From: an uncultured virus (IMG/VR IMGVR_UViG_2872830528_000001)
Taxonomy: Duplodnaviria > Heunggongvirae > Uroviricota > Caudoviricetes
DNA: 20,000 bases
IMG/VR virus record: IMGVR_UViG_2872830528_000001
Direction: 5' to 3' (one strand)
Under the pieces are notes generated by a model. It was given only the letters and a program-made list of their open reading frames with translations. It was not told the DNA's origin and ran no database searches. Both the position numbers and the translations under genes were made by a program. The stretch's first letter is position 1; the number at the start of each line of letters is the position of its first letter. Below are positions 9,679 through 17,170 of the stretch, piece after piece.

Positions 9679-10770
9679 GTGTATCCGGTCTCTGATCGCT
9701 TCCTGGCCACCCTCGCCGGCGACCATGTGCCGGTGACGGAGGTCGTCCTCCTGCGTACTGATGGCAGTGCCGAGCTGCTGGAACACGAGGGCGGATCAGT
9801 CACGGTCGACCAGCGGTCGGTGTGCCGCCGCACCTGCTCGGTCGGCGCCACCGATCTGGGGCTGATCCCGCGCAGCCCGCTGGACGAGATCCTGGCCAAC
9901 GGGGCCCGGCTGCGGATCAGCCGCGGCGTGCGCTACTCCGACGGCTCGTCCGAGCTGGTGCCGCTCGGCGTGTTCCGCATCGACGAGGTCGAGGGCGACG
10001 TCGACGTCGGACCGGTGTCCCTCGGGGGCAAGAGCCTGGAATGCGTCGTCTCTGACGACAAGTTCACGACCCCGTATCGGGCAGCTGGTACTGCGGTGGC
10101 GGCGATCACTGCTCTCGTCCTGCGGAGCCTCCCTGATGCTGCAGTCGTCAGCATGGTCGCCGACGCCGCGATCGGGGCTCGCACGTGGGACGTCGGCGAC
10201 GACCCGTGGGTTGCCGCCCAGGAGATCGCGGCTGTCCTGGGCGCCCAGGTGTACTGCGACGCGGACGGCCAGTTCGTGATCCGGGAGCTGCCCGACATCA
10301 CCACCGTCACGCCTGTGTGGACCGTCGCCGGCGGGGAGGGCGGCGTGTACATCTCGGCGGTCCGCGGCACTTCCGCCGAGGGCGTCTTCAACGCCGTCCA
10401 CGCCCGCGGCGAGTCCACTGAGACCGGCGCGGCCCCGGTGTCCGCGCTCGTCACCGATTCCGACCCCACCTCGAGCACCTACTGGGGCGGGCCGTTCGGC
10501 AGGCGGCCCACGTTTCACAGCTCAACGACCCTGACGACCACCGGCGCCTGCACCCAGGCGGCCACCGTGCTGCTGCGGGGTGCGAAGGCGCCGAACGCGA
10601 GGGCCGACTTCTCCACCCTGCCGAACCCCGCCCTGGCCCCCGGCGACGTCCTCCGCGTGGTCTATCCGGACGGAACACGGGAGCTGCACCAGGTCGCATC
10701 GTTCACGGTGCCGCTCACCGCTGGCGGCTCCTTCACGGTGCAGACCGTCTCCGCGAAGGAGGGCGCATGA
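9679..10770 (+). CDS. Minor tail / baseplate hub protein (DUF5047-like)
   Basis: 363 aa; 'GGSVTVD..RRTC...RGVRYSDGSSELVPLGVFRI...GPFGRRP...PNPALAPGDV' pattern; second gene after the TMP. Confidence 0.72.
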   Translation: MYPVSDRFLATLAGDHVPVTEVVLLRTDGSAELLEHEGGSVTVDQRSVCRRTCSVGATDLGLIPRSPLDEILANGARLRISRGVRYSDGSSELVPLGVFRIDEVEGDVDVGPVSLGGKSLECVVSDDKFTTPYRAAGTAVAAITALVLRSLPDAAVVSMVADAAIGARTWDVGDDPWVAAQEIAAVLGAQVYCDADGQFVIRELPDITTVTPVWTVAGGEGGVYISAVRGTSAEGVFNAVHARGESTETGAAPVSALVTDSDPTSSTYWGGPFGRRPTFHSSTTLTTTGACTQAATVLLRGAKAPNARADFSTLPNPALAPGDVLRVVYPDGTRELHQVASFTVPLTAGGSFTVQTVSAKEGA

Positions 10771-11450
10771 CATCGCTCGGGGTCAGCCTCGTCGAGGCGT
10801 TGACGGCGGAGAGCAAGAGGGCCGCGGCAGCAGACTCCGGCATCCGGGGTGCGGACTGGCGCCACGCCGTCGTCGCCACGGTCGGCTCGGACGGCACCGT
10901 CACGACCACCGATGGGATCATCGCCCGCCGTATGGAGCCCTACGTGGGCGCCAAGGCAGGTGACGTCGTGGTCATCACCGTCTCGCAGGCCGGCGGCTGG
11001 GCGTGCTGGGGCCGGTTCGCCTCCGGGTCAGGCTCTGCATGGATCCCCTACACGCCGACCTACGCCGCGTCGGGTGGCGGCGCCGCGCTCGGCAACGGAC
11101 TCCTGGACGCCGAGTACACCCTCGACGGCGACGAATGCCGGGGCCGGATCTCCTTCGTTGCTGGCAGCACCACGACGTTCGGGTCGGGAGGCCTGCGCTG
11201 GGGCCTACCCGTCACAGCCGCGAGCCTGCCGAGCGCCAACATGTTCTGGGCCGGGTCGGCGATGTGCAGCGACGCAGGGCTCGCCTACTACTCGGGCATC
11301 TGCCGCATCAGCAGCGGCACCAACTACGTGGTCGGGATCAGCCCCACCACGGCTACTGGCAGCGCGGCCACCGAATGGCGCGCCACGACACCCTTCACCT
11401 GGGCCAACGGCGACTACGCCAGCTTCGGCTTCACCTACAAGATCGCCTGA
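10767..11450 (+). CDS. Minor tail protein
   Basis: ATGA overlap; N-terminal OB-like 'ATVGSDGTV...GDVVVI' region, then 'WIPYTPT...GNG...G.TTTFGSG' beta domain seen in actinophage tail proteins. Confidence 0.65.
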   Translation: MTSLGVSLVEALTAESKRAAAADSGIRGADWRHAVVATVGSDGTVTTTDGIIARRMEPYVGAKAGDVVVITVSQAGGWACWGRFASGSGSAWIPYTPTYAASGGGAALGNGLLDAEYTLDGDECRGRISFVAGSTTTFGSGGLRWGLPVTAASLPSANMFWAGSAMCSDAGLAYYSGICRISSGTNYVVGISPTTATGSAATEWRATTPFTWANGDYASFGFTYKIA

Positions 11451-11462
11451 CGGGAGCTCTCC

Positions 11463-12056
11463 ATGTCCACAACGGACCCGTATGGGCAGTCCATCAGCAT
11501 CGCGGCCCTCACGGATGCCCCGAACGCCCAGGCCCTCGCGGCGGGCATTGCCGACGCCGTCGCACCGCGGACCGTCATGCGGTTCACCTCCGCGTCGGCC
11601 CGGACAGCGGCGCTCACAGGAGCGGCTGCCCCGGTCGCCGGCATGGTCACCTACCTGGCAACCGAGGACCGGTACGAGGGCCGGATGGCAGACGGCACCT
11701 GGCAGGCGCTGTCGCCTGGCCCGTGGATCCCGATTGAGTTCGCCTCCGGGTTCGTGGCCCGATTCGGCAGCCCGGCCTACCGAGTCGTCAACGGCGCGGC
11801 CGAGATGCGCGGCAACTTCGAGAAGAGCGACGGCACCCCGTTCACCAAGGGTGTCGCGCTCACCATCATCAACCTGCCGGCGGCTGTACACCCCCCGGCC
11901 TACCGCTACTTCACTTGCGCGACAGAGCTCGCCGCCGACGTCTACTGCCGCATCGAGGTAACCCCCGACGGCGACGTCCAGCTGGTCATTCCGACATCGA
12001 CCGGCACGGCCGCCTCGTGGGCATCCCTCGACAACGTCCGATACTCCCTCACCTGA
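11463..12056 (+). CDS. Minor tail protein / putative fibre or receptor-binding component
   Basis: GGGAG RBS; 197 aa; 'RFTSASARTAAL..PVAGMVTYL' N-terminus and beta-rich C-terminus 'PAYRVVNG..EMRG..LPAAVHP'. Confidence 0.62.
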   Translation: MSTTDPYGQSISIAALTDAPNAQALAAGIADAVAPRTVMRFTSASARTAALTGAAAPVAGMVTYLATEDRYEGRMADGTWQALSPGPWIPIEFASGFVARFGSPAYRVVNGAAEMRGNFEKSDGTPFTKGVALTIINLPAAVHPPAYRYFTCATELAADVYCRIEVTPDGDVQLVIPTSTGTAASWASLDNVRYSLT

Positions 12057-12069
12057 CAGGAGACCTCAC

Positions 12070-12321
12070 GTGATCCGATTCCCCGGACTCGACCCGGACG
12101 GCATCGTCTACAAGATCAACCTCTGGTCGGAACTCACCGGCGGCGTGCCCGTCGTCATCGGCGTCCCGACCCGCGGCGACATCGACGCCGAGGCCGTCGT
12201 CGAAGAGGTCGGCGCCTTCGCGCGGGCCCTGTCCACACGCCTCGGGACCGACATCACGAGCATCATCCGCCACGAGTCCGTGAGCAGCGAGCTCCCCGTC
12301 ACGGGCCCGCCGCCCCAGTAG
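12070..12321 (+). CDS. Hypothetical protein (83 aa), last gene of the tail operon
   Basis: AGGAG RBS before GTG; GC3-biased codons; followed by a terminator-like hairpin. Confidence 0.65.
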   Translation: MIRFPGLDPDGIVYKINLWSELTGGVPVVIGVPTRGDIDAEAVVEEVGAFARALSTRLGTDITSIIRHESVSSELPVTGPPPQ

Positions 12322-12344
12322 CTCGAACAGTCCGCACCTCGTCC

Positions 12345-12376
12345 GCCCCGCGCCGTTCAGGCCGGGGCTTTCGTCA
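12345..12376 (+). terminator. Intrinsic terminator-like hairpin before the endolysin
   Basis: GCCCCG..(gccgttcaggc)..CGGGGC followed by TTTCGTCAT. Confidence 0.55.
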
Positions 12377-12390
12377 TCCCTGGAGCCCAC

Positions 12391-13314
12391 ATGGCCATGA
12401 CCGGGCCGCAGCGCATTCCCGGCGCCGTCTTCGACCTCTTCTTCGGCACGGGCCGGTACAGCGGGTCCGACATGGAGGTCAACTGCGGCGTCATTCACAC
12501 CACCGAGGGCCCGACCCTCTACGACTACCAGGACGGCGCGTCGGCGCCCACGGTCACCTCGGTGCCTGACTTCAAGAACAAGCGGCTCGTCCACCACCAG
12601 CACTTCGACGTCGACGAGTCCGCACGCGCCCTCGTCAACAAGCCCGGCGGCGTGCAGACCAACACGGCAAACGTGTTCCAGTGGGAGCTCGTCGGCACCT
12701 GCGACCCAGCCACCCACTCGAAGTGGACGCGGCAGGGCATCGCCCACATCTACTGGCCGGAGCCGCCCGATTGGGCCGTGCGTGACGTAGCCGCCCTGAT
12801 GCGGTGGCTCAACCAGCAGCACGGCATCCCGCTAACGGGCCGGGCCGAGTGGATGGCGTACCCGGCCAGCTACGGCAACAGCCGCGTCCGGATGAGCTTC
12901 GCCGAGTGGACCAGCTTCAAGGGCTGGTGCGGCCACCAACACGTCCCCGAGAACGACCACGGCGACCCCGGCGCCCTGCCGTTCGCCCGCATCCTCGCTG
13001 TCGCCAAGGGCGGCACACCACCCCAGGAGGTCCCCGACATGGACGCCACGCAGGCGAAGCAGCTCGCCGAGGTATACAAGGTCCTCGTGCCCTACATGGG
13101 CTGGCAGTACAAGGGCGCCGGCAAGACCGACGCATGGGGCCTGCTCAACAACCTCACCGCCCAGGTCGCCGCCCAGACCGCCGCGATCAAGGCACTTGCC
13201 GGCCAGCTCGGTGACGACGTCGACACCGCCACCGTCGTGGCCGCGGTCGAGAAGGCCATCAAGGACGCCGTCGTGAAGGTGTCCGTCGACGTCACCGGCC
13301 CCACCAACTCCTGA
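12391..13314 (+). CDS. Endolysin, N-acetylmuramoyl-L-alanine amidase (Amidase_2 type) with a C-terminal helical domain
   Basis: Zn-amidase motifs 'VIHTTEG', 'QWELVG', 'GHQHVPENDHGDPG'; position after the tail genes and before the holin. Confidence 0.9.
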   Translation: MAMTGPQRIPGAVFDLFFGTGRYSGSDMEVNCGVIHTTEGPTLYDYQDGASAPTVTSVPDFKNKRLVHHQHFDVDESARALVNKPGGVQTNTANVFQWELVGTCDPATHSKWTRQGIAHIYWPEPPDWAVRDVAALMRWLNQQHGIPLTGRAEWMAYPASYGNSRVRMSFAEWTSFKGWCGHQHVPENDHGDPGALPFARILAVAKGGTPPQEVPDMDATQAKQLAEVYKVLVPYMGWQYKGAGKTDAWGLLNNLTAQVAAQTAAIKALAGQLGDDVDTATVVAAVEKAIKDAVVKVSVDVTGPTNS

Positions 13315-13332
13315 CCAGAACGGATCCCACCC

Positions 13333-13686
13333 ATGAGAAGCATTCTCGGACGCGAGCCCGCGCTCGTCGTCGCCGCCGTCTCGGCCGGCCTCTCCCTCCT
13401 CGTCACCTTCAACGTTGGCCTGTCAGGCGAGCAGGCAGGCGCCATCGTCGCCGTCATCTCCGCCGTCCTGGCAGCCGCGACCGCGGCCGTGACCCGACCG
13501 GTCGCCCCGTCGGCGTTCACCGGTCTCGTCGCCGCCGGCGTCGCCCTGCTCGCGGCCTACAACTTCAACGTGGCCCCGGAGACCGTCGGCGCCCTGAACG
13601 CGGTGGTGCTGGCGGTGCTTGGTCTCGTCACCCGCGGCCAGGTCAGCCCGGTCTCGGCCAGCAGCCGACCGCTGTCTGGGGTGTAG
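13333..13686 (+). CDS. Putative holin
   Basis: 117 aa, ~4 hydrophobic segments, 'GREPAL...TRGQVSP' motifs; immediately after the endolysin. Confidence 0.75.
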   Translation: MRSILGREPALVVAAVSAGLSLLVTFNVGLSGEQAGAIVAVISAVLAAATAAVTRPVAPSAFTGLVAAGVALLAAYNFNVAPETVGALNAVVLAVLGLVTRGQVSPVSASSRPLSGV

Positions 13687-14109
13687 GTGCCGCGCCGCGT
13701 AGCCCGGCGTCTGTCCCGGATCCTCGGCCGCCGCGGCGCGTTCCTCGCCTCCTTCGGGACGCTGTGGGCGCTGTACGGATTCGGGCAGCTCGTCGAGCCT
13801 CTGCCGGACACCCGCGGCATCCGGCTGCTGCTCAACCTGATGCCTCTCGACGCCTGGGCTTGCTGCTGGATCGTGTCCGGCCTGCTCGCTGTGGCGTCGT
13901 CTGCGCTGCCGGAAGGGCGGGACTGGCTTGCCTTCCCCGCCTTGCTGGCCATCGTCGTTCCCTGGATGCTCGCGTACCTCGTGTCGTGGTGGCCTCTCGG
14001 AGACAACGCAAGGGGGTGGGTGACGGCGCTGATCTGGGCGGTAGCCGCAGTGCCGGTGATCGTGGTGGCGGGATGGCGCGAGCCTCCACGCCCCAAGAAT
14101 CTGGAGTGA
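13687..14109 (+). CDS. Membrane protein (~4 TM), lysis cassette
   Basis: Basic N-terminus 'RRLSRILGRRGAFL', four hydrophobic Trp-rich segments; abuts the holin stop. Confidence 0.75.
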   Translation: MPRRVARRLSRILGRRGAFLASFGTLWALYGFGQLVEPLPDTRGIRLLLNLMPLDAWACCWIVSGLLAVASSALPEGRDWLAFPALLAIVVPWMLAYLVSWWPLGDNARGWVTALIWAVAAVPVIVVAGWREPPRPKNLE

Positions 14110-14113
14110 GCCC

Positions 14114-14476
14114 ATGAGCAACGCCGAGATGTGGACCGCAGTGTCCGGGGGCGTGGTGGGGGCCGCCTCAGCTGTGGCGACCTTCTGGGGCGGATGGGCG
14201 GCCCGCCGAACGAGAGGCGACCGAAGGCGCGACGACTTCACTGTCGTCACGGACCGAATGGAGACCGCGATCGTCCGGCAGGAGAAGCGGATCGCCGAGC
14301 TGGAGCAGAGCTCCGACCGGCAGGACCAGCGCCTGGAGGGCGCCGGTGTCGCGATCAGCTATCTCATCGAGCGGGTCCGCGGGCTGACGACATGGGTGCG
14401 GGCTGCGGGCCTTGAGCCGCCGGCCGCACCGCCCGTGCCGGAGCGGGCCCGCGAGTTCATCCACCACGACGTGTGA
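14114..14476 (+). CDS. Membrane-anchored coiled-coil protein, lysis cassette
   Basis: GGAG RBS; one N-terminal hydrophobic segment, coiled coil, Pro-rich tail 'AGLEPPAAPP'. Confidence 0.75.
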   Translation: MSNAEMWTAVSGGVVGAASAVATFWGGWAARRTRGDRRRDDFTVVTDRMETAIVRQEKRIAELEQSSDRQDQRLEGAGVAISYLIERVRGLTTWVRAAGLEPPAAPPVPERAREFIHHDV

Positions 14477-14487
14477 ACTGGATTGCT

Positions 14488-14637
14488 ATGAGCGAACCGC
14501 TGTCTGAGCGGCGTGTCTACCTGAGGGTCGACGAGACCGGCGGCGACGTGGCTGCCCTCGTCGACCTGGGCGTACTCGAGCCGCAGCCCGAACCCCCGCC
14601 GGACGAGCCGGCACCCGAGCCGATCCCTGAGAAATGA
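14488..14637 (+). CDS. Small Pro/Glu-rich hypothetical protein (49 aa), not in the ORF track
   Basis: MSEPLSERRVYLRVDETGGDVAALVDLGVLEPQPEPPPDEPAPEPIPEK*; fills the gap between the last lysis gene and the terminator. Confidence 0.55.
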   Translation: MSEPLSERRVYLRVDETGGDVAALVDLGVLEPQPEPPPDEPAPEPIPEK

Positions 14638-14641
14638 CAGA

Positions 14642-14672
14642 GCCCCCGCCGCGTTACGCGGCGGGGGCCTTC
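14642..14672 (+). terminator. Late operon terminator
   Basis: GCCCCCGCCGCG-TTA-CGCGGCGGGGGC perfect 12-bp stem followed by CTTCTG. Confidence 0.8.
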
Positions 14673-14704
14673 TGCTGTGCTGCATGCGCTGGCGGGACGC
14701 AAAA

Positions 14705-14748
14705 GGACTGAATTACGTCTGGCCTGAATTCAGTCCGCGTGCTAGGTT
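14705..14748 (+). promoter_or_regulatory. Operator-like inverted repeat plus -10 element of a leaderless promoter
   Basis: GGACTGAATT-N12-AATTCAGTCC (14705-14736); TAGGTT at 14743-14748, 6 nt before ATG 14755; no SD. Confidence 0.6.
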
Positions 14749-14754
14749 GGATCC

Positions 14755-15219
14755 ATGGACATCAGGACCGAACTCGACAACTTCCTCGGCGAGAAGCGCG
14801 CGCTGGTCGACGCGATCGCACGCGAGTTCCGCGCCGGCACACCGGCCAAGGAGATCGCCCGCACGGTCGCACCGGCCTTCAGCCGGGACCAGGTGACCCA
14901 GTACCTGTCTGCCGTCGCTCTGGCGGACAAGGCCCGAAAGGCCCTGGATGAGGCTGGGCTCGCTTTCGCCGCCGACGTGTTGGTGAGCGGTATCGACACG
15001 CCGCGCGAAGCGCGGCTGATCCCTGCAGCAGATCCGGAGGAGACCCCCGACTACCCCTCCCTGCCGACGCGGATCCGGGACGCGCTGCGCGCCTTCCACA
15101 TCACCCTGGACCTGCTGCAGACCGGCGAGCACGACGAAGACACCAGCGACGCCGAGATCGACGGATTCTTCCTCGACGGCCAGCCCGTCCGCCTGATCAA
15201 ACTGAAGCCGCGCACCTGA
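14755..15219 (+). CDS. Hypothetical protein with N-terminal HTH-like region (154 aa)
   Basis: 'AIAREFRAGTPAKEIARTVAPAFSRDQVTQYL' resembles a helix-turn-helix; GC3-biased codons. Confidence 0.7.
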   Translation: MDIRTELDNFLGEKRALVDAIAREFRAGTPAKEIARTVAPAFSRDQVTQYLSAVALADKARKALDEAGLAFAADVLVSGIDTPREARLIPAADPEETPDYPSLPTRIRDALRAFHITLDLLQTGEHDEDTSDAEIDGFFLDGQPVRLIKLKPRT

Positions 15220-15252
15220 CCCGTCGACAGGAACAACACTCCAAGGAAGGGC

Positions 15253-15453
15253 ATGATGAGTCAGATCACCGCCACCGAGTACGGCCTCGCCTCCAAGTCC
15301 CTCGAAGACATCGAGCCCCTGGGGCAGATCACCCAGCGACGCGCCGAGACCATCCTGAATGACAGCCGAAGGCAGTGGCCCGACGTGTACCTCGTACAGC
15401 GAACCGACGGCGCGGCCTGGCAGCCGGCCGCTTCCTTGCACCTCGGACGCTGA
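15253..15453 (+). CDS. Hypothetical protein (66 aa)
   Basis: AAGGAAGGG RBS before ATGATG; followed by a hairpin. Confidence 0.65.
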   Translation: MMSQITATEYGLASKSLEDIEPLGQITQRRAETILNDSRRQWPDVYLVQRTDGAAWQPAASLHLGR

Positions 15454-15467
15454 GGCCGAAGCACCTT

Positions 15468-15493
15468 GCCCCCTCCCACGGGAGGGGGCTCTT
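15468..15493 (+). terminator. Terminator hairpin between convergent units
   Basis: GCCCCCTCC-CACG-GGAGGGGGC then TCTT. Confidence 0.7.
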
Positions 15494-15554
15494 CGCCGTT
15501 CCTGACCCGAAGACTGCCGCCACCTCGGCTTGCGAATGAAACAGCCTGCGACTT

Positions 15555-15764
15555 TCACGCCGCCTGGTACTGGTGCGCCCGCCCGCCCCGCCACTCGACC
15601 CAGCTTGGGTCGTCTAGGATCCGCTCGCCGTCGGGCAGCCCGGCCCGGCGCAGGAACTCGACGAGATCGTGGTCGTCATGGGCCAGGCCGAGGATCTCGC
15701 CGCCGGCGGTGACACGGCGGCCGCCCGTCGGGCTGGGACGGTGGACGACTATCGGAGCACCCAT
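15555..15764 (-). CDS. Conserved-looking Streptomyces small hypothetical protein (69 aa)
   Basis: ATG at 15764 preceded by CACCCT-GGAGGC; 'PIVVHRPSPTGGRRVT..ILGLA...LVEFLRRAGL...VEWRGG' recalled as a widespread Streptomyces mini-protein. Confidence 0.7.
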   Translation of the reverse strand: MGAPIVVHRPSPTGGRRVTAGGEILGLAHDDHDLVEFLRRAGLPDGERILDDPSWVEWRGGRAHQYQAA

Positions 15765-15788
15765 GCCTCCAGGGTGCACCGGGGTCAG

Positions 15789-16133
15789 CTACTCGAGCAC
15801 CCCGAGCTCGGAGTCGGGCCGGCAGATCTCACAGGCGCGGAGGCCGCCGCTGGTGATGGCCTGCCGGGCCTGTTCCTGGCTGAGGGGTTTCGTGTGGTGG
15901 CTGGCCATGCGGCAGTCGCCGAGGTGCACGGAGTCCGCAGACGCTTTGCCGCCGACGCGCAGGTAAGAGAGGACGAAGGCGGGACCTTCGGGCAGCGGCC
16001 GGCGGGAGGCACGCTCCCGTACCTTCGCGAGCTCGGCTTCGATCCAGCGCTCGGTCTGGGCGAGCTGGGAGCACTGCACGCGATACAGGAACCGCAGCTT
16101 CTCCAGCTCGGGCGACGTCGGCTCATCGGGCAC
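15789..16133 (-). CDS. DUF6233-like putative Zn-binding protein (114 aa)
   Basis: 'VHLGDC...RACEICRPDSELG' (HxxxC...CxxCRP) signature after an N-terminal coiled coil. Confidence 0.8.
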   Translation of the reverse strand: MPDEPTSPELEKLRFLYRVQCSQLAQTERWIEAELAKVRERASRRPLPEGPAFVLSYLRVGGKASADSVHLGDCRMASHHTKPLSQEQARQAITSGGLRACEICRPDSELGVLE

Positions 16134-16146
16134 ATGTTCGATTCTA
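16126..16146 (-). promoter_or_regulatory. LexA (SOS) box-like site overlapping the leaderless start of the DUF6233 gene
   Basis: On - strand TAGAAT (-10), 7 nt, GTG start; overlapping TCGAAC-ATGT-GCCCGA versus the actinobacterial consensus TCGAAC-N4-GTTCGA (2 mismatches). Confidence 0.6.
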
Positions 16147-16167
16147 GTCCTGTGGATCGCCCCCGGC

Positions 16168-16189
16168 TGTCAGCGGCTGCTCGTACAGT
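16168..16189 (+). promoter_or_regulatory. RecA-NDp / PafBC-type DNA-damage promoter
   Basis: TGTCAG-CGGCTGCTCG-TACAGT fits TGTCRG-N10-TAnnnT exactly. Confidence 0.7.
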
Positions 16190-16278
16190 GAGGCCATCCA
16201 TCCGCGTCTACTGGCTGATGCGGCACTCGGACCCGCCCCGGCGTGATGCACCGGGGCGGGACACCCTCTGGAGACTCC

Positions 16279-16695
16279 ATGGAAGACCTGATCGCGTTCC
16301 TCCGCGCCCGCCTCGACGAAGACGAGGAACTGGCTCTCCAGGCGCAGCAGCTGGGCGGTGCGCCTTCCTGGGACTCGGCCGCCGATGTGTTGCTGCTTCC
16401 CGGCCTCAAGACGCGTCGCCGTCTGGCCGAGCAGGGCGTACCGGATGCCTTGCAGGACGCCGTAGAGGCGCACGCCGCCCGTCACGATCCCGCGCGGGTG
16501 CTGGCCGACGTCGACGCCAAACGGCGGATCGTGACCGCCTACGAGGAAGCCGCAACCGAGTTCCAGGACATTGGGCCCGGCATGGTGAGCTACGACCGAA
16601 TGGTCGGGTCCGTCAGCTCCCTGCGGACCGCGATCGAGTGCCTCTCCCTGGCCTATGCCGACCACCCGGACTATCAGGACATGTGGCGGCCGTAG
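16279..16695 (+). CDS. DUF6221-like protein (138 aa)
   Basis: GGAG RBS at 16270-16273 before ATG 16279; 'DLIAFLRARLDEDE...ARHDPARVLADVDAKRRIV...YADHPDYQDMWRP' signature. Confidence 0.82.
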   Translation: MEDLIAFLRARLDEDEELALQAQQLGGAPSWDSAADVLLLPGLKTRRRLAEQGVPDALQDAVEAHAARHDPARVLADVDAKRRIVTAYEEAATEFQDIGPGMVSYDRMVGSVSSLRTAIECLSLAYADHPDYQDMWRP

Positions 16696-16706
16696 CTGTC
16701 GGCGCC

Positions 16707-16973
16707 CTACTTCTTCGCCTTCTCGGCTTCCTTGCGCTTCTTCTCCGCGTACCCCTCCGGGTTGAGCACGGCGAGCTTCACCTCGGCTTCGACGTCGAAG
16801 CGCGACTGGCCCGTGGCCTTCGCGTGCTCCGTGATCGCGGCCTGGATGACCGTCGCGGCCTCGAGCCAGGGCGTCCACGCCTCGGCGCTGTACGGCCCGG
16901 CCTGGGCTTCCCGCTGGGCATCGACAGCAGCCTGCTGGATCTGGATGAGTTCGTCAGAGAGTTTGATCGGCAC
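16707..16973 (-). CDS. Hypothetical protein (88 aa), probably leaderless
   Basis: TAGGAT 7 nt before GTG; helical protein 'IKLSDELIQIQQAA...WTPWLEAA..IQAAITEHA...RFDVEAEVK'. Confidence 0.72.
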   Translation of the reverse strand: MPIKLSDELIQIQQAAVDAQREAQAGPYSAEAWTPWLEAATVIQAAITEHAKATGQSRFDVEAEVKLAVLNPEGYAEKKRKEAEKAKK

Positions 16974-16983
16974 GGCACGGATC

Positions 16984-17163
16984 CTAAGCGGCGAGTTCCT
17001 GGTCGTCCTGTACCGCCTCGGTCCACGCGGCCACGAGCACCTGGTAGATCCGCTGCTCGTCCGCCGTCAGCGGGCGACGCTGTTCGCCGGCGCGCGCGTA
17101 GAGGCAGCGGATGGCGTCGTTCAGGGCTTCGAGGCTCGGGGTCTCTCTGGGGCGGTCGGGCAT
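16984..17163 (-). CDS. Hypothetical protein (59 aa), probably leaderless
   Basis: ATG at 17163 is 7 nt after TAGCCT; MPDRPRETPSLEALNDAIRCLYARAG...YQVLVAAWTEAVQDDQELAA. Confidence 0.65.
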   Translation of the reverse strand: MPDRPRETPSLEALNDAIRCLYARAGEQRRPLTADEQRIYQVLVAAWTEAVQDDQELAA

Positions 17164-17170
17164 GCAGCCA

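Noticed and set aside
6894..9899. 1001-aa ORF on the - strand
   Set aside because: Antisense shadow of the TMP/minor tail genes; stop-poor because of high GC3; Arg/Gly/Pro-rich with no motifs
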